Source of the DNA: Patellaria atrata CBS 101060
Lineage: Eukaryota
Direction: 5' to 3'
DNA: 64,000 nucleotides
NCBI GenBank assembly: GCA_010093705.1
Contig: MU006105.1
Span: forward strand, 1 to 64,000
The notes beneath the pieces were generated by a model. The model ran no database searches. It was not told where the DNA came from and saw only the letters and a program-made list of their open reading frames with translations. How positions within the stretch are numbered: position 1 is the first letter of the stretch; every line of letters begins with the position of its first letter. A program made the translations under genes and the position numbers. Positions 23,102 through 37,114 of this stretch are shown piece after piece.

Positions 23102-25434
23102 GTTGCTGTTGTAAGATTGTTTGATAACGCTTGGTTTGATTTGATCTGAAAGGATAGTGATGGTAGTCGAATCGTATAGGGACTTGCAAAAGAATTTGTC
23201 GGCTTTTCAAAAGCCAATGAATGAAAGCTAAGAGATCAAGGAGTGAATCTGCTCAGCAATAGAGAGTGTATACAAGACCCAGCTTGGGAGGCTCGAAAGG
23301 ACTAAGGACTGTGAATGAGGATAGAAGAGGGTAAGAGTAAAAACACACACGTGGGCAGAGGGGGATTAAATAGGTAGTCTCCATGAGGATGGGGTCTTAA
23401 AAGTAGTGACTGTACTGAACTGTACTGTACAAGCATAAGGTGCCAGCTTTTTCCATCTACAAGGATGAAGGCGACCGCCACATTGCTACTCTCCCGTCGT
23501 TGGCACCAATGGCGCATTCCGGAGTTTTGCTTCTTTCTACTTACAGTAAAGTGAAGTTTAAATGACAACGTCGTGGCATAACTGGCATTTGATATTACAA
23601 CCAATAGGGAAATCTGTGTACCTGAACCGCTTTCTGGACTTTGGATAAATGAAACGAATTCAACCCATTTTCTAAGTAGGCAATTCAACAGTAGCGCCTT
23701 ACCTCGGTGCTTGCTGAAGTACTTTGAATTTCCAGTACCTTAGTAGAGCAGCCGTTGGGTAAACTGAATCAAGCCAATTTGAACTATTATTCAGGAATCA
23801 CAGGGAAGAGTTTTCGCTCGCGACCGATTTCCGAAGATGGTATGGATCAAAGGATGATATGGAATAGTATGCGATGGTATGGGATGGTATGGGAAACCGG
23901 CGATCCCAGTTCCAAATATTTGATCAAGGCTAGAATTGACCTTTGCTGGGCCTGGACAGAATTTTCCAGATAGTACTAATGATAATGTAATAGTAGTAAG
24001 GTGGTAAAGTAGGTAATTGTACTCTTTGTTGTATGGTTGCGGTGCTCCGGGATAAGTGTGGCTAGGGAAACAACTGAGGTGGAGATTCAGGAACAGGTCG
24101 CCTTCCAAGGCTTACGAGAGAAAATCAGGTACGGACATTACCGGAAGCGGTAAGGTATGTACAGGTACAGTACCATGAATACACATGTCAGACCGAGATC
24201 ATCCTTTGCGTTCCCCGCCCCTGTCCCCTTACCACGTAGTTTTCGTACCTCTACTCCGTAGACGAAAGCTCGACGAGAACGTGGCAGACATGGCATACAC
24301 GGACACACATGGTACCTGGACATGTTTGTGCGTTGGCAGATAGTACAACCTTGACGGAATGGAACTGGGACGGGAAAAGTCTGTGCGTTCCGGTTGTTAC
24401 TTCCTTGGTCAAGTTTTTGTACCGGCTCTATTCCCGCTATTCCCCAGCTGGAGTTGGTTACTTTGTAGTTGGAGTCTTAGATTGTTTCGCTGTCCTTCTG
24501 TTATATTGTACAATACTCATCCAAGTCATTATCGTTCATTACCTTGATTTTGAAGAGCAAAACATTTCTTATCCCGATATCATTTTATTTAATATTGTTG
24601 AGGAGAAACAATATAGTTTGTGGGTCCGACGAAGAAGGATAGAATGTTCGCGGAGATGAAGTTGCGCAAGATGCAAAACAGGGCTGCGCTAACTGAGGAG
24701 CGGGCGGGTAGATTGATCGGCACGGAAAGGTATCGATAAATGATAGGCTGATAAACGTCCCCGATAGGCGTGAACGGCGTGGGTACAGGTGGGTCCCCTT
24801 GAGCAGTTGGAGACTTTGCAGATTTTTGCAGCTCTTTGGGGGTCGAAAGGGCGGAAAAGTCTGCGATTTTGGCTGATGTGTATCCCAAGCCCAGCTACTA
24901 AGGTACAACTACTACCTGTCCTGCGATGTTTTTTTTTTTTTTTTTTTCCCAAGTGACTCTTACGAAAGTGCTGCAGTATTAGTCCATTTTAGTCAATTTT
25001 AGACCTTGCACCGTTCCTTCTGTTCCTGGTAGTTGAAAAGTGATAACATCCAAGGATCCCATCATCGGATGTTAAGGTAAGAGTTAGGGCTGATGCTTGA
25101 ACAAATCGTTGCTCTTCAGGACCCATAATTAATTTCCCGTCTGCATCTTTGAGCATTTTCATCTCATCATTAAATCATGAAGTAGTGGGAGAAAAGAAAG
25201 AGGGAAGAAAAGAACTTTTTGGCGACTTGCGGACTTCGTAGTCGTCGAGCCTGAAGGATGATGAAAATCCTATCAGGCCTTGTAGATTCCTCAGTCATCA
25301 CCGCTACAAATTCTTATCCCGCATTATTCGTCGTGCTACCGAGGCAAAGGGAAAGAGAGAGGAAGAATACCGCCACGACGCTGTAGCATCCATCGGAAGC
25401 CATTTGGGACACAAAGAAGTGTGGAGTCAGATTG

Positions 25435-25458
25435 GTACTGTACTGTACTGTACTGTAC
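25435..25458. repeat. (GTACT)n pentanucleotide microsatellite, about 5 copies
   Basis: Read directly: gtactgtactgtactgtactgtac. Confidence 0.85.
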
Positions 25459-27565
25459 AGTTTCTTCTCTGAGTACTCCAGCTAGGTTCGCGTTGGTTCG
25501 CATATTTCGTGCTCCACACTTTTTTAAAGCATACTGATTGATAATCGTCTTGACCCCTCCCGTCACGTCTGAACTCTATGAGGTGTGAACTTTCTGTCTG
25601 CTGTCGGCATTGTTCGATTTGTAGTGTACTGTACCACTCAATTAGTTGACCTGTTGGGTAAAGACCGGGTCCGCTGTCATCGAGAACCGATCGAATCACC
25701 TATTGGTTCAGCCTGGGAATGTGCAAGGTAAGGAAAAACAAAGTGAAGAGAAATTCTCGATTCCCTTGTCCAGAATCCTTCCCACCTAATGTCAACATAA
25801 CGACGTCGTGTCTCTCTCGGAGTCTCGGTAGTTGAAAAACCTGCACATATTACTAACCACAAATCATGTCTTAAACAAGATCCTAGAGAATTAATCGAAA
25901 AAATTCGCTGGTGCAGGCCTAGAAACTGGTCTGACATCTAAAACGAATCTTCAGCACGCTTATCCAACGCCTGTTCGAATTCATCTCGTTATTAGTGAAT
26001 GAAATGCTTGCATTCCTATCACCATCCTTTGGTATGACAGGACAAAGACTTCCGTCACATCGAGTAGCATGGCAAACCATTGGATGTGTCCAGTACCTCG
26101 AGTGGCTTTTTAGCTCTTTCCCCCTCACAAAAGGAAGAACGAACAGGCGAGAGAAGGGCTAATTGCGCCCAATTGTAAGCTTACCTAGCCATAACTTACA
26201 CCTAAGTATGGTTTGAGAAATGGTATAGTAATGGAATGCTTCCTCATCGTGCTCTTCGCTCGTGGCCTTTTTTTCCGTTACATTTGGGGATCACATAGTA
26301 CCGTTGGAAAGAAGCGTGTACTGTACGCCTAGCATTCAACATTTGGCGAGAACCAAACATGGATACGTCGAGCTGAGTTCAGCGAAGGCGGAATTGACCG
26401 ATTGATGAAAAATCGTAGCGTAGCATAGCATATGCACGTGTACAAGGGACCATGAGCGTATAAACCAAAGAATACCAACCGTGGTAGGGGAAGATAAGTT
26501 CACGTGCTTTAGAACAGTACGTTTTCGCATTCATCTTAGGAACTAGCCATTTAACTCTCATCGATAAGGATGAAAACTGTTCTCTATAGTTAGTAAATCG
26601 TATGGTGAATCGTCTGTGGATATATTGCCCTAACTTGCTATCTTCCATATGATCACCTAGCTAACTTCCCTAAGAGCGAGTTCTTCGTCCCAGAACAAGA
26701 ATCTTTTTTGGAGGCGTCCTTTCAGTATCTCAAACACATCTTTTCAATGCGAGTATCGGATCATCGTCCACAAAGAGGTTCTCGAGTACAAGTATGGGCC
26801 CGCCAGGGCTTGGATGGAGGATGACCTCCACAGGCGGTGCCATTGCACAGGCGAACGGGTGGTGCTGGCCGAAAATCCATCGTGAAATCTTTTGAATTTC
26901 AAGTTCGTATCGTCGTACACAACATCTAGATATGCATCACGAAAAGTTGAACACGTAATGGTCTCAAGAAACACTTGTCTTATGGAAGGGAAATCCAAAA
27001 GGTAAAGTTAAAAGGTCGTGGCACGGACTGAATTCGTTCCGTGTGACTTTTTAGCAACGCCCGATCCGTTACTGAGACTGCAGATCAAACTTCAGTACCA
27101 TAGGTATTACCTTAAGAGAACTCTTTTATACTTCTCTTTGTTACTTATTGAGCCCTAGAGTTCTTCTTGTGATGGCTTTACTTTATGCTGCACGAGTAGA
27201 GCTTACGGACACGTATCTGTCCTATACCTTATCACACAAATTTTGATTCTTACTAAGACTTGGAGTCTCCATGGGTAATGTTACAGTGACCCAGCCCAAT
27301 GGAAGGGATCATCGTTATGGATGAGACCACAAATCCATCTCACGGAGATCCAATGGAAGTTGGGTTGAGTGATGTATCGTACTGATGTTGATTATGTACG
27401 GTTTGATCCGACTAAAATTATACATACGATCAGAGCTTGCAGATACTCCGTACGGTTATCCCTATACGAACATTTACAAGGTACTGCACAGCACAAACGA
27501 TCGTTTCTACAAATTGTACACCCGTGTTGCCTGGGCTTCCAAACTACCAACGCTAATCGCTAATT

Positions 27566-28467
27566 TCACCACATGCATTCAGCCGAATCATAACCTCCCT
27601 CAAACCTTCTTAGGTCGATAGTACTCCTCATACGTATGCGAGTATCCTAACAACCAACTTCCAATCACGACACCACCAAACCAATTCAGGAATCTCCCGA
27701 TCGGCATACGGATGGCTTTCGGGCCGGGAATCGCGAGAATACAGTCGACATGGTAGAACATGAGTAGTAGTTGTGGTAGACTTGGGTTGATCTTGTGGAT
27801 TCGGCAATCGTCCAGATAGGTATGAGCATTTCCTAGTGAAATATGATGGTCAGTATGGGTTAGGTTAACGCTTGGATGAGATGGTTGCTATGGGATGGGG
27901 ATGAGGAAGGTGAACTGGTACAATTTCCCCCGTCTTATACATCCACCCCTTTCCTATTGAGATGATGTTCGATTCTCTTCCCTTACCTCTCAGCTTTGGA
28001 TCACATATTCCTGAATGAAATCATACTCACTAAAGAAACACTCATCCCTCTACCTTAAACTCGGATCCAACCAAATCTCAACGCTCATGGGCAATCCTCC
28101 TGAGTGCAACCGTTACCAAACGTGTGATACCGTCCTCTTGTCACATGCGCCTTCTCTCCCACCCTCACGAGCTTATCCACCCCTTCCTCCGTAAACTTCA
28201 TGACGCCCTTCCGAACGACGAAGCTCTCATCTTGTCCCCGATGCCAGTGATAGGGCGGTGAGATGTGGGTACAGGGTCCTCCGTACGCACGGGTTAGGTC
28301 TCGATGAAGGACCACTGGGGAACTGCTGGGTCAGGTGATGGATGAGAAGGATCAGATGATTGGGAAGTCGAGAGGAATTCGATGGACATGTGACCATTGA
28401 GAAGGGGGATAGGGTTCATGGAGTGGGCTTGGGATCGTGGGAGCTTCTGGGCGAGGAAGGAGAACAT
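27566..28467 (-). pseudogene. Cupin-domain protein pseudogene
   Basis: PPYHWHRGQDESFVVRKG...GRYHTF cupin motif and a C-terminal YLDDCR...LLGYSHTYEEYY. Frameshifts near 28295 and 28095, and an in-frame TAG near 28050. Confidence 0.75.
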
Positions 28468-29018
28468 AGTTGTAGTCAATTAGGAGTGTGTTTGTGGAGA
28501 TTGGTTTGGGGGGTCGTATGGAGAGGAGTAGTTGCACCTGTTACAGAACTATAGATGAAAATGAGGCGGAGGAGTTGTATTTGAGCTTTATGCATTCTTA
28601 GGGAGATATATCTTTCATCCTGGGCGGAGGTCGGCGTGGAGAGCCTGAAGTGGGACGAAAGACTGCGATGGCATATCTTATTAGATTCGTTCCGAGTTGC
28701 GAAGTTCTAACATCAACAGTTAGGCGTGCCATATCATGCATCAGCTGGAAAGTGATGAGAAGTCTTTCGCGGCGTGTCGGAAGCTTTTGAAACAGTATAA
28801 CGGATTAGTCAGCATTTGCTTCACACCCTCCGCCCTCATAGCCCTACCGTAGATAAGAAGGAACCAACAGACACGTGAACTTTACGACTAAAGCACAGGT
28901 CCCGACTTGTTTCGAACATACTTGATCATGATTGAGTATTAAGTATACTGTACTAGGTAGAGGAAGTAAAGTAAAAGTTATGTACCTAGTTCACTACTTT
29001 TGTACTATGTAACATTTT

Positions 29019-30137
29019 TCAGCTACTCCTCCTAATCCATCTCACTGTCCTGACTTCAAACCACTTTCTACCATTCCTCCATCTATCATCCATGAGCCAC
29101 TGCACCGCCCCCTCATATTCATATCCTTCACCTCCTTCCCATTTCATCTCCTCAACCTTTCCATCCTACTCCAACTCAAACCCTTCAGCCACGGGAAATA
29201 CCACTCCTTCGCTTCCTCTACGACCCTCTCCAACTGCGGCTTCTTCGCCGTGAAGGTCTCTAACGCCATCTCCAATGTTTTCAAACCCAGAAAGTCGGTA
29301 ATACCATCCCCCAAGTTCTTGTACGCAGGACTGAGCGAAAGACCCGTACCAACATCCGGCGCGTCCACCCAAGTCCACCAGTCCGTCTGACCAAGGCGAA
29401 TTGTCAGCTTTGTTATCTTTCGTGCCGTGCACCCGAGGTTCACGATAGATTTTGGCAGACTCGCGTGCACGATATATGGTGACAGATCGTACATGTCCCC
29501 CAAACCCGGTTCGTCTTCGAATCGCCACCTGATAAACTTCGGGCTCGGGTTGTAGATGTTGTATGCAAAACGTATACCTTTGTGCACATGCTCCCGGATC
29601 AGAGGATCATCTGGGAAGATATCGATATCTTCCTCTCTTTCTTTTACGAACAATGCGAGCGCGATACCGTGTAAGACCCATGATTTCTCGAGGAACACTT
29701 GCTGCATGGTAATGTCCACGGTGGTGATATAGGCGAATTGCCAGCTTCTGAGAGAGCTGAACGGTATAGTTGTATCATTTACTAATGGAAAATCCCTAAG
29801 TGGGCGGATAATCCTTGGAGTCTCCCCTGAAAAGAATGATTGGGTTTAGGAGGTATGGAAGAGTCCACGTCTCAGAATATATCCGTTTGCAAGGAGGCAG
29901 GAGTTATGTTACTACTTTCTGGACACCCGCTCTCTCAGGGCGATGGTACCTCTTATTCTTTGGGTACAGTCTGTTGCAGTCTGAATACGCTGTCAAGACG
30001 AACTTGGAGATGAGCTTTCTTATCTCGGTAGGAATGACGACAAAAAGTGGACAAGATATTTGAGGATCTGCATTCTCAAATGATATGGTTTTCGCAAGCG
30101 GTATCGAATGGCACTTAGGTTCAGGTTGTGAGGGCAT
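29019..30137 (-). pseudogene. Disrupted fungal hypothetical gene with an F-box-like N-terminus
   Basis: PQISCPLFVVIPTEIRKLI...YHRP...CKRIYSET, LTIRLGQTDWWTW and FEVRTVRW segments are spread over several frames with stops. Confidence 0.65.
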
Positions 30138-30779
30138 TGTCGAAGTTTCTTACTCCTGCGAAGCTTGGGCGTGATCGATTGAAATGACCTAGAACTAGGA
30201 AAGTAAAAGTTGCCTAATCTGTTTCTGTAGACCAAATGGATAGTATCATAATCCCGTCAAACTGATGTTGCGGGGCATCCCCTCGGTCTCTCCGTTCTGT
30301 CCAGCTCCGTCTAGCTCCATCCATACCTTATTCCTCCCTACCCCCTAGCTGCACCCGACAATCGGCCACTGCTCGACTGTATAGGTTCAACGCCGCGGTT
30401 TGCCGAATCCGTACAGCTAAGCTGAGCCGAAAGAATACGAAACTGACAGATGAAGACTTATCTGAGATCACTCAAGTGCCATATCGCTATATAGTGTTGA
30501 TTCAAGGTCTCCATGTTGCCGCGCAATTAGCTCTTCGTGTGTTGTTAAATCAAAGCACGCTCATGCAATCGGATGTAACAAACTCCCCGAGCATGAAAAG
30601 GTATTATGCTGAGATCACAACTGTATTGGTTCTTACGCCAGAAACAAAGTTGAGAAGTTATGTGTATATCTGTTAATTCCCGTAAAGGGAGATGTTATGG
30701 ATATATGCCCAAAAACAGGCCCATGGTATCTCATTACTTCGTTGTGCATCATTCCTCTCAAAGAGACTTATTCGAATCC

Positions 30780-33329
30780 TTACGCCCCGAATGGAAGTAT
30801 CGCAGCTCCTGGTTCTAGACCTACTCTCCCTTCTCCGTTGGCGAAGAATCCCTGGTTCTTGCTTCTGTTTCGGAGATCGGGTTCGATATCTCGCACATCC
30901 ACTGTGAATCCATCTTCATATTTTGCTCCGAAATACTTCACCGTTGACCTTCCAGATTCATCCTTCTCCAACTTTACCCCATGTGAAGATTCTCGTGAGG
31001 GATCACGGTCATGGAAATTGTGCGGGATAAACATGACTGAGGAGCTAGATGTGTGCTCAAGAGTATTTGGAATATCGCCCGAATGAGGGATATGATGTGT
31101 TCCGAGATTGAAATAAACAACTCTAGGACAAATATCAGCATTGTTATCTCTATATTTTGTTTCACATGACGAAGGTCACTCACAAATCTTCCTGCTGAAT
31201 ACTTTCCCCATCTACCATTTTCTCAAAATCGATCAATGGATCTTCTGGCTCCATATTATTGTACTCGCTCGTACTCTTGAGTTCATCATCGTGGTGCTTC
31301 AGAATCCATAGGTCTTTCATCGACCACGTGGCGGCCTTCTTCAATGCGGTAGAACCATCTTCCATGGTTAGATGAGGTGGATTACCCATCCCAGTTCCGG
31401 GGGCAATCCTATATCCTCTCTTCTCACCCCATATGTTGCGTGAATCATTGTTCAGTACGACGTACATGGATCCAGCGTTACGAGGCCAGTTAAGCCCCGT
31501 TTCAGTCTCTACAGCCTCGCGGTTCAGCTTCATGGTTTTTCGCGGATATCCATCCCAGGGATATTCAGAATCGTGGCGTACGACGTTAACTTTCACAAGA
31601 GTGTTCGCCGTACCAGCAATATCAAGATCAGCTTTAAAGTTTATGACGTGGTCGTGCATCACGGAGGTAACTAATTCATGGACTTGGTAACCATATTCAT
31701 ACCCTGGAGATCGTTTGCCCAGTTCATCCGGTGAAATCGAGTTGTACGATCCGAAAATATAACCAGAGGCGCGGACTTTCACCTCAACCGTTCCGTCAAG
31801 GTAGAAGATGTAATCAAAGGTATAATCGTAATTCCCAACTGTCGACACAGAACGTACAACGAGATATGTTGATTTGGAAATTGAAAGGTGCATAGTTGCT
31901 GTATGACGTTGGATAGGATAGTCAGCGACATATTCGAACACACAGATACTGTTATTACGCTGTACAGCTTTGTCTCCCATCTGGAAGCTCGTCGACAGAT
32001 ATGTAGCGTAGGTAGGACAATCATAACCTGGGACCAGTTCGTACAGGTTCAAACCCATACCGAATAGGCTGTCTAGCCAAACTTGTCCAGAAGACATAGG
32101 ATCATTTCCTGCGTAGTGTGCCATAGCTTCTTGCATGCCTAACTCATATATGATAGCCTCACCCCGAAATTTGATATCCCAAAGACTCACTCCTGTGGCC
32201 TGAGATGTAGATAGATAGAAGTCAAAGCCCATCCAAGATACGAACTTCTCCTTTTCGTCAACTTGGACTCTGGAACCAGCAGGTTGCACTACAACAGGAG
32301 GAGGTAGGATATCTCGCGCCGGAAGCCCACGCTCTAGCGGTTCAGGATTCGTCCAAGAGCCATCAATATTAGGAGGAAGTCTTTCGAATTTTGGGTTCTT
32401 CACAGCTTGACGGAAAGCATCGGTAGAGTTGTAGAGTTTGCCGTTATAATACCATTCCACGATTTTCCATTCCTTTGATTCTCTTCCGGTGATATCAAAT
32501 CTACAAAATACGCCTTGGGGTAGAAGGGCAAAAGCATCGAACGCTAATCCCGGACTGTTGATGGTAGCCCAATTGGAAACACTTCCGTTATTGAATTGTG
32601 CAGTCCTCGATAAAGCGAAGAAAGGAGGCGAGTATGAAAGATTTCCGGGGTTTGCAACTTCGGCAAGCAAGTGTTCAACGATATCGGATACCTCATCGCC
32701 GAGATCAGAGAACCAGTTAATTATATCTAGATAATTAGGTAGTGGGTTTTTCACATAATGTCGACCGGAGTTATGACAGTAGGATAGCGGAAGAATCTGT
32801 GTCTCACTCCCAATAGGGATAGGGCCTACCATGTACTCGTGAATGGTGGCCTTTTCAGCAGCGCCTTTGTTTACAATAACTCGTGCCCACCTTTGAGGGG
32901 TAGTCGACGGATTATGCAGCCATTTTAGCACGTCAGTCTTGTTTGGAGTGAGGACCTCTAATGAGGCACTATCGGTTGGTGTTAGTATTACAGTATAGAT
33001 GTAAACAAGAAGAACTAGCGCTTAGAAGGAACTTACATGCTATTATCCCAAGCAGTAGCTTTCTCGTTACGAGTTAGGTTTAGACCGCCGTCGCCCTCAT
33101 ATGTATACAAATAATCCAGAAGATCAGTGACTTCTTCTGGATTCAAGTCTGCCCACACATTGCTTCGAGGAGCACGATACTCATTGTTTCTTTGGGCTTG
33201 GGGTCTATCGGACCCTAATCTCGAAAAAAGCTTTAATGAATGAGAGTTAAGAGATACTACAATGATAAAGAAGAAGACAACTATGGACGATAGGACTATC
33301 CAACTCCTCTGTGGACCTTTTGAAGCCAT
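30780..33329 (-). CDS. Copper/TPQ amine oxidase with an N-terminal signal anchor; introns 32969-33036 and 31123-31183
   Basis: TVGNYDY (TPQ consensus), HDH and HHIPH copper ligands, catalytic Asp in WLDS.FGMG, and a hydrophobic N-terminal segment. Confidence 0.94.
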
Positions 33330-33869
33330 TGTTAGAGGATGTAAGTAAAGGAGATAAAATGAAGTTGAGTTGGAGTTTATAAGAGAGGTGCAGAAAGTCC
33401 GCTGCAAGATACCAGATAGGGTTAGTTCTAGTTCTAATGCTGATAATGGAGGGTAATAGAAAGACACCGGATCTAACCTTGAAAGCTGTGGTCTCCCTAT
33501 AAGGTAGTTTTAATACATACCTTATCACTGTACTTTAAATGTCTCTTCCAGTTCTAAGGCGGCTGATATGTTTCGTTTCTGTCGAGAAACGCGGGGTGCT
33601 GTAGATCTGCCTTTACTCTATCCCCAGTCACGTAGAACTATTAGGCCTATGATAACCGCTGGCATAGGTACCCGATGTCACAGACACTAAGGAAGGTGGC
33701 TGCTTATTGAGGTATATTCGATGTTATTCACCTTAATATAGAGAGAACAAACCCATATCTGAGATTCAAGGGATAAGGGTCTGAGAGGAAAATTGTACTG
33801 ATGGTGAAAATGAAACCGAGGGACGGGAATAATTTGATAACCTTTATGGATGATATATCTCATTCATAA

Positions 33870-35531
33870 TCACCCCTTCTCTTCTCCCTCAACTGGTTTC
33901 AAACCAATCCTTTTCTTCTCCTCCATTCTGACTCTTCTTCTTTCTCGCCATTGAGGACCCCAAGTTACTAACACCCAGAGTATTGGGCTTCCAATAATCA
34001 ACATTGCCGCTAAAAAGGTGAAACACCAACCCCTACCCATCCCCTGAATCATATCAATGATTAACGCCGTTCCAGCCGCACCCATAAGACATCGAACAAG
34101 GTTATTAGCCGCCATAGCGGTAGAAGGACTCAAAGGATATAGATCTATGAGCATGGTGTTCAGTGCTGCAAAACTTCCATTCAATGAGACGGCGAGGGCG
34201 AATAAAAGAATTAAGGGAACGGCCAGAGATGTCTCAGCCGCCATAGCCCAACCATAACCAACCAGAGCGGCGGCACCGACAATTATAAGCGGTATCGCAA
34301 CTTGAATCCTGATGAGTTCAATAGGAATATTCTTAAGATCATCACCTCGTTTTCGATCGATAGGAATGCCCATAGACTTTGCAACGCGTCTGTAGTTCCA
34401 ATCCACTAAGTAACCCGTGACCAAAGTTCCTATCAGTGCTCCAAATCCGAACGGAAGGTATGAAAGTCCTACCTGGAGGTCTGTGAACTGATATATTTCT
34501 TTAAGGAGATATGGTAGTGACGCAGCCACATCCATGAAGCCGACGTACGTGAGACTGTTATAGAACAATAGTAGTCCGACATTTTTCTCTGCAACGAGGT
34601 GGAGGGTATTCAAGGGATTTGGAAAACGTAACCTCCGTTTACTCGCAAGTTCTACAGACGCGTGACTTGCTTCTTCAGACAATGCTCGACTAGGTATATC
34701 CTCTTTCCTGGCTTTTCGTGTTTTGAGATAATTCAGCAACGACATATTCCACCCCTGAGGTGGTATCGAACCATTCCCAACAATATTTCGACCTGTTTCT
34801 GGAAAAAGTATAAGGAAAGGAACAAGATAAACGGCGGTGAGAATCACTAGGAACCAAAAAATCGACCTCCACCCCAAAAACTGAGCGAGGACACCACCTA
34901 ACACAGGCCCAATAGAGGGTCCCAGCATCATTCCAGCCTGTGACCATCCGATATACCGGCCACGCTCAGCACTTGTGGAAATATCGGCTACAACGCCGGT
35001 ACCTAATGCAATGGTTCCGCTGCTCCCGGTGCTTTGTAGGCATCGAAGTATCAAGAGGGCGACGTATGAATTCTGGAGGGCGATACCAATGTTGGCGCTA
35101 ATATAGATGATAAATCCGATAACATAAGGTGGTCTTCGGCCTGCCATATCGGCAAAATCGCCAAAAAAAGTCGGTGCAAGACCTTGGAAGATCATGTAGG
35201 TGGTTAGTGTTAAGTTGATCATTGAACTGGAGACATGGAGCTCTCTTGATAACGAGTTCAACGCTGGAAAGTAGATATTGCCGGATAGGGGTGAAAATGT
35301 GCCACCGAAAGCGACGAAAAAAACGATGAGTTGCTTTTGTCGGGTACTGAAGATAGAATAAACGGGCGCCGAGGTCGTAGTACTCGATTTCTCCAGATCT
35401 TTGATGCATTGCTCTTCCCTGATTGCATCATCGGTAGTGTTCTCCTGATGTAAGGGAGCTTTAGATAGGATCAGATTGGAATGACTCTGATAAAATGCCT
35501 GTTCATCAATCACTCCTGATGATGAAGGCAT
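33870..35531 (-). CDS. MFS drug:H+ antiporter (DHA1, Qdr-like), intronless
   Basis: About 12 hydrophobic segments; FADMAGRRP, LRCLQSTGSS, GPVLGG.L...GWRSIFW and PETGR motifs. Confidence 0.93.
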   Translation of the reverse strand: MPSSSGVIDEQAFYQSHSNLILSKAPLHQENTTDDAIREEQCIKDLEKSSTTTSAPVYSIFSTRQKQLIVFFVAFGGTFSPLSGNIYFPALNSLSRELHVSSSMINLTLTTYMIFQGLAPTFFGDFADMAGRRPPYVIGFIIYISANIGIALQNSYVALLILRCLQSTGSSGTIALGTGVVADISTSAERGRYIGWSQAGMMLGPSIGPVLGGVLAQFLGWRSIFWFLVILTAVYLVPFLILFPETGRNIVGNGSIPPQGWNMSLLNYLKTRKARKEDIPSRALSEEASHASVELASKRRLRFPNPLNTLHLVAEKNVGLLLFYNSLTYVGFMDVAASLPYLLKEIYQFTDLQVGLSYLPFGFGALIGTLVTGYLVDWNYRRVAKSMGIPIDRKRGDDLKNIPIELIRIQVAIPLIIVGAAALVGYGWAMAAETSLAVPLILLFALAVSLNGSFAALNTMLIDLYPLSPSTAMAANNLVRCLMGAAGTALIIDMIQGMGRGWCFTFLAAMLIIGSPILWVLVTWGPQWRERRRVRMEEKKRIGLKPVEGEEKG

Positions 35532-35892
35532 AATAATTGTTCAGACTGAAGACGAAAGAGAAAGGAACAAAAGCATTCAATGCAAAGTAGTGTCCCATGA
35601 TGGGAAAAATATACTCCCTACAGTACTTGTTACTTATTATGACTTAGTTCTAGAAAAGGCTCTTTTGCCGGTACAGGAAATGTTAATAAGACGGGAGGCA
35701 GTTGATATGACAGCTTGACAGTAGACAAGAAGAGGGAGCCAAGGGAAAATGGGAAAAGCAACAGCCGATCGTGCCGATCTAAAGCCAAGCCGCTAGTTCT
35801 ATCAAGCATCATCGCCGGTTCAGGCTTGCAAATTGCTAGATCGCCCTCCTTACCTACAATCAATTCAACACGACAAATTCCTCTCCCATAGA

Positions 35893-37114
35893 ATGGACCT
35901 CGTGCCTGTCTTCAATGAAGTACTTCGTAAATACAATGCTTCTCCAATCGAACCTTCCATATTTCGTCTGCAAGACCTCAACGAATTCCTCAAGGAAGCA
36001 TACCGAATAGTGTGTTTCTCTCCCTCTTACACTTACATCTTTTTTTTTTTAACTCGTTATAAGCACAAGCACATAGCAGAGCTAACCACCTACCTTCGCT
36101 CGATACGCCAATCTTATCTCTCCATTACTCCTCCTTCCCGCCGCAAGAATATCTCACGGACGGACTCCTCCAAGTCTCAGTTACCGACTCCAGATGCATC
36201 TAAACACCTTACCGATACACAACGTACTCAAATTGACGCCGAAGCGAAACAGTTACTCCGAGAGCTCAATGCTGCCGTTGCTAGTCTTGCTGAAGTGGAG
36301 TCGATTCGACAAACGGCGGAGCGAACCATTGCTCTGAAAAAGCGTGCACGAGGAGGTCTCGGGGCTCTAGGCCGTTGGGCAACTGGCGGAGCGGTCACGG
36401 CTAAGAGCCTAGAGGAGGAGGAGGAAGAGGCGAAGGAAAATACATTAAAGATGCACCGGGAAGGTGTGATCTGGTATTTACAGCAGAAGTTAGAGCAGGC
36501 TGGGAGAGTTCAGGGAGAGATGATGGAGATTAGACTAACGAGGGAGGTAGAGCGGAGTAAGAGCATGTTATATAAGAGCCAGGAGAGTGTCAGGATGATG
36601 GACGGTATGGAAAAGCTGGGGTCACTTAATAGTACGACTGCTGGAGCCACGCACAACCCTCACAAAGATTCCTATCCTACTCATATAGAAGAAATGGACA
36701 GGCAGAGCGCGATGCAACAACTAAGTCCGGAGCAATTACAACTTTTCGCAGAGGAAAATCAGGATATGCTTAAGCATTATGAAGACAGGTTAGATCAAGT
36801 CAGGTAAGATAAGATCGACGTCTCCTAGATATTTCCTACGCTACCTTACAGTTAACTTACACAATTCACACAGACAAGCAGAAAGATCATTACAAGACGT
36901 TGCAGAGCTTCACTCCACGCTTACCATGAATCTGGCCGTCCAGTCCGAGCACATTGACAAGCTGGTTGAGGATTCTGAGTTCGCAACGGAGAACGTTGGT
37001 GGTGGGAATAAACAGCTCAAGCGAGCATCCGAAAGGAAGAGCACGGCAAGACTGGTATTTTATAGCACGACTGTGTTTTGTGCTAGTCTGATCTTATGGG
37101 ACTTATTTATATAA
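35893..37114 (+). CDS. UFE1: ER t-SNARE Ufe1/syntaxin-18; introns 36010-36063 and 36804-36873
   Basis: EFLKEAYRI, LTDTQRTQIDAEAK, HREGVIWYL, a SNARE helix (Q SEHIDKLV...GGGNKQLKRA) and a C-terminal TM anchor. Confidence 0.92.

Noticed and set aside
23300..27500. Many 60-130 aa ORFs
   Set aside because: No motifs or coding-like composition; treated as intergenic or regulatory.
27566..35531. Secondary-metabolite gene cluster (cupin, amine oxidase, MFS)
   Set aside because: No backbone enzyme or pathway regulator is present, and two members are pseudogenes.
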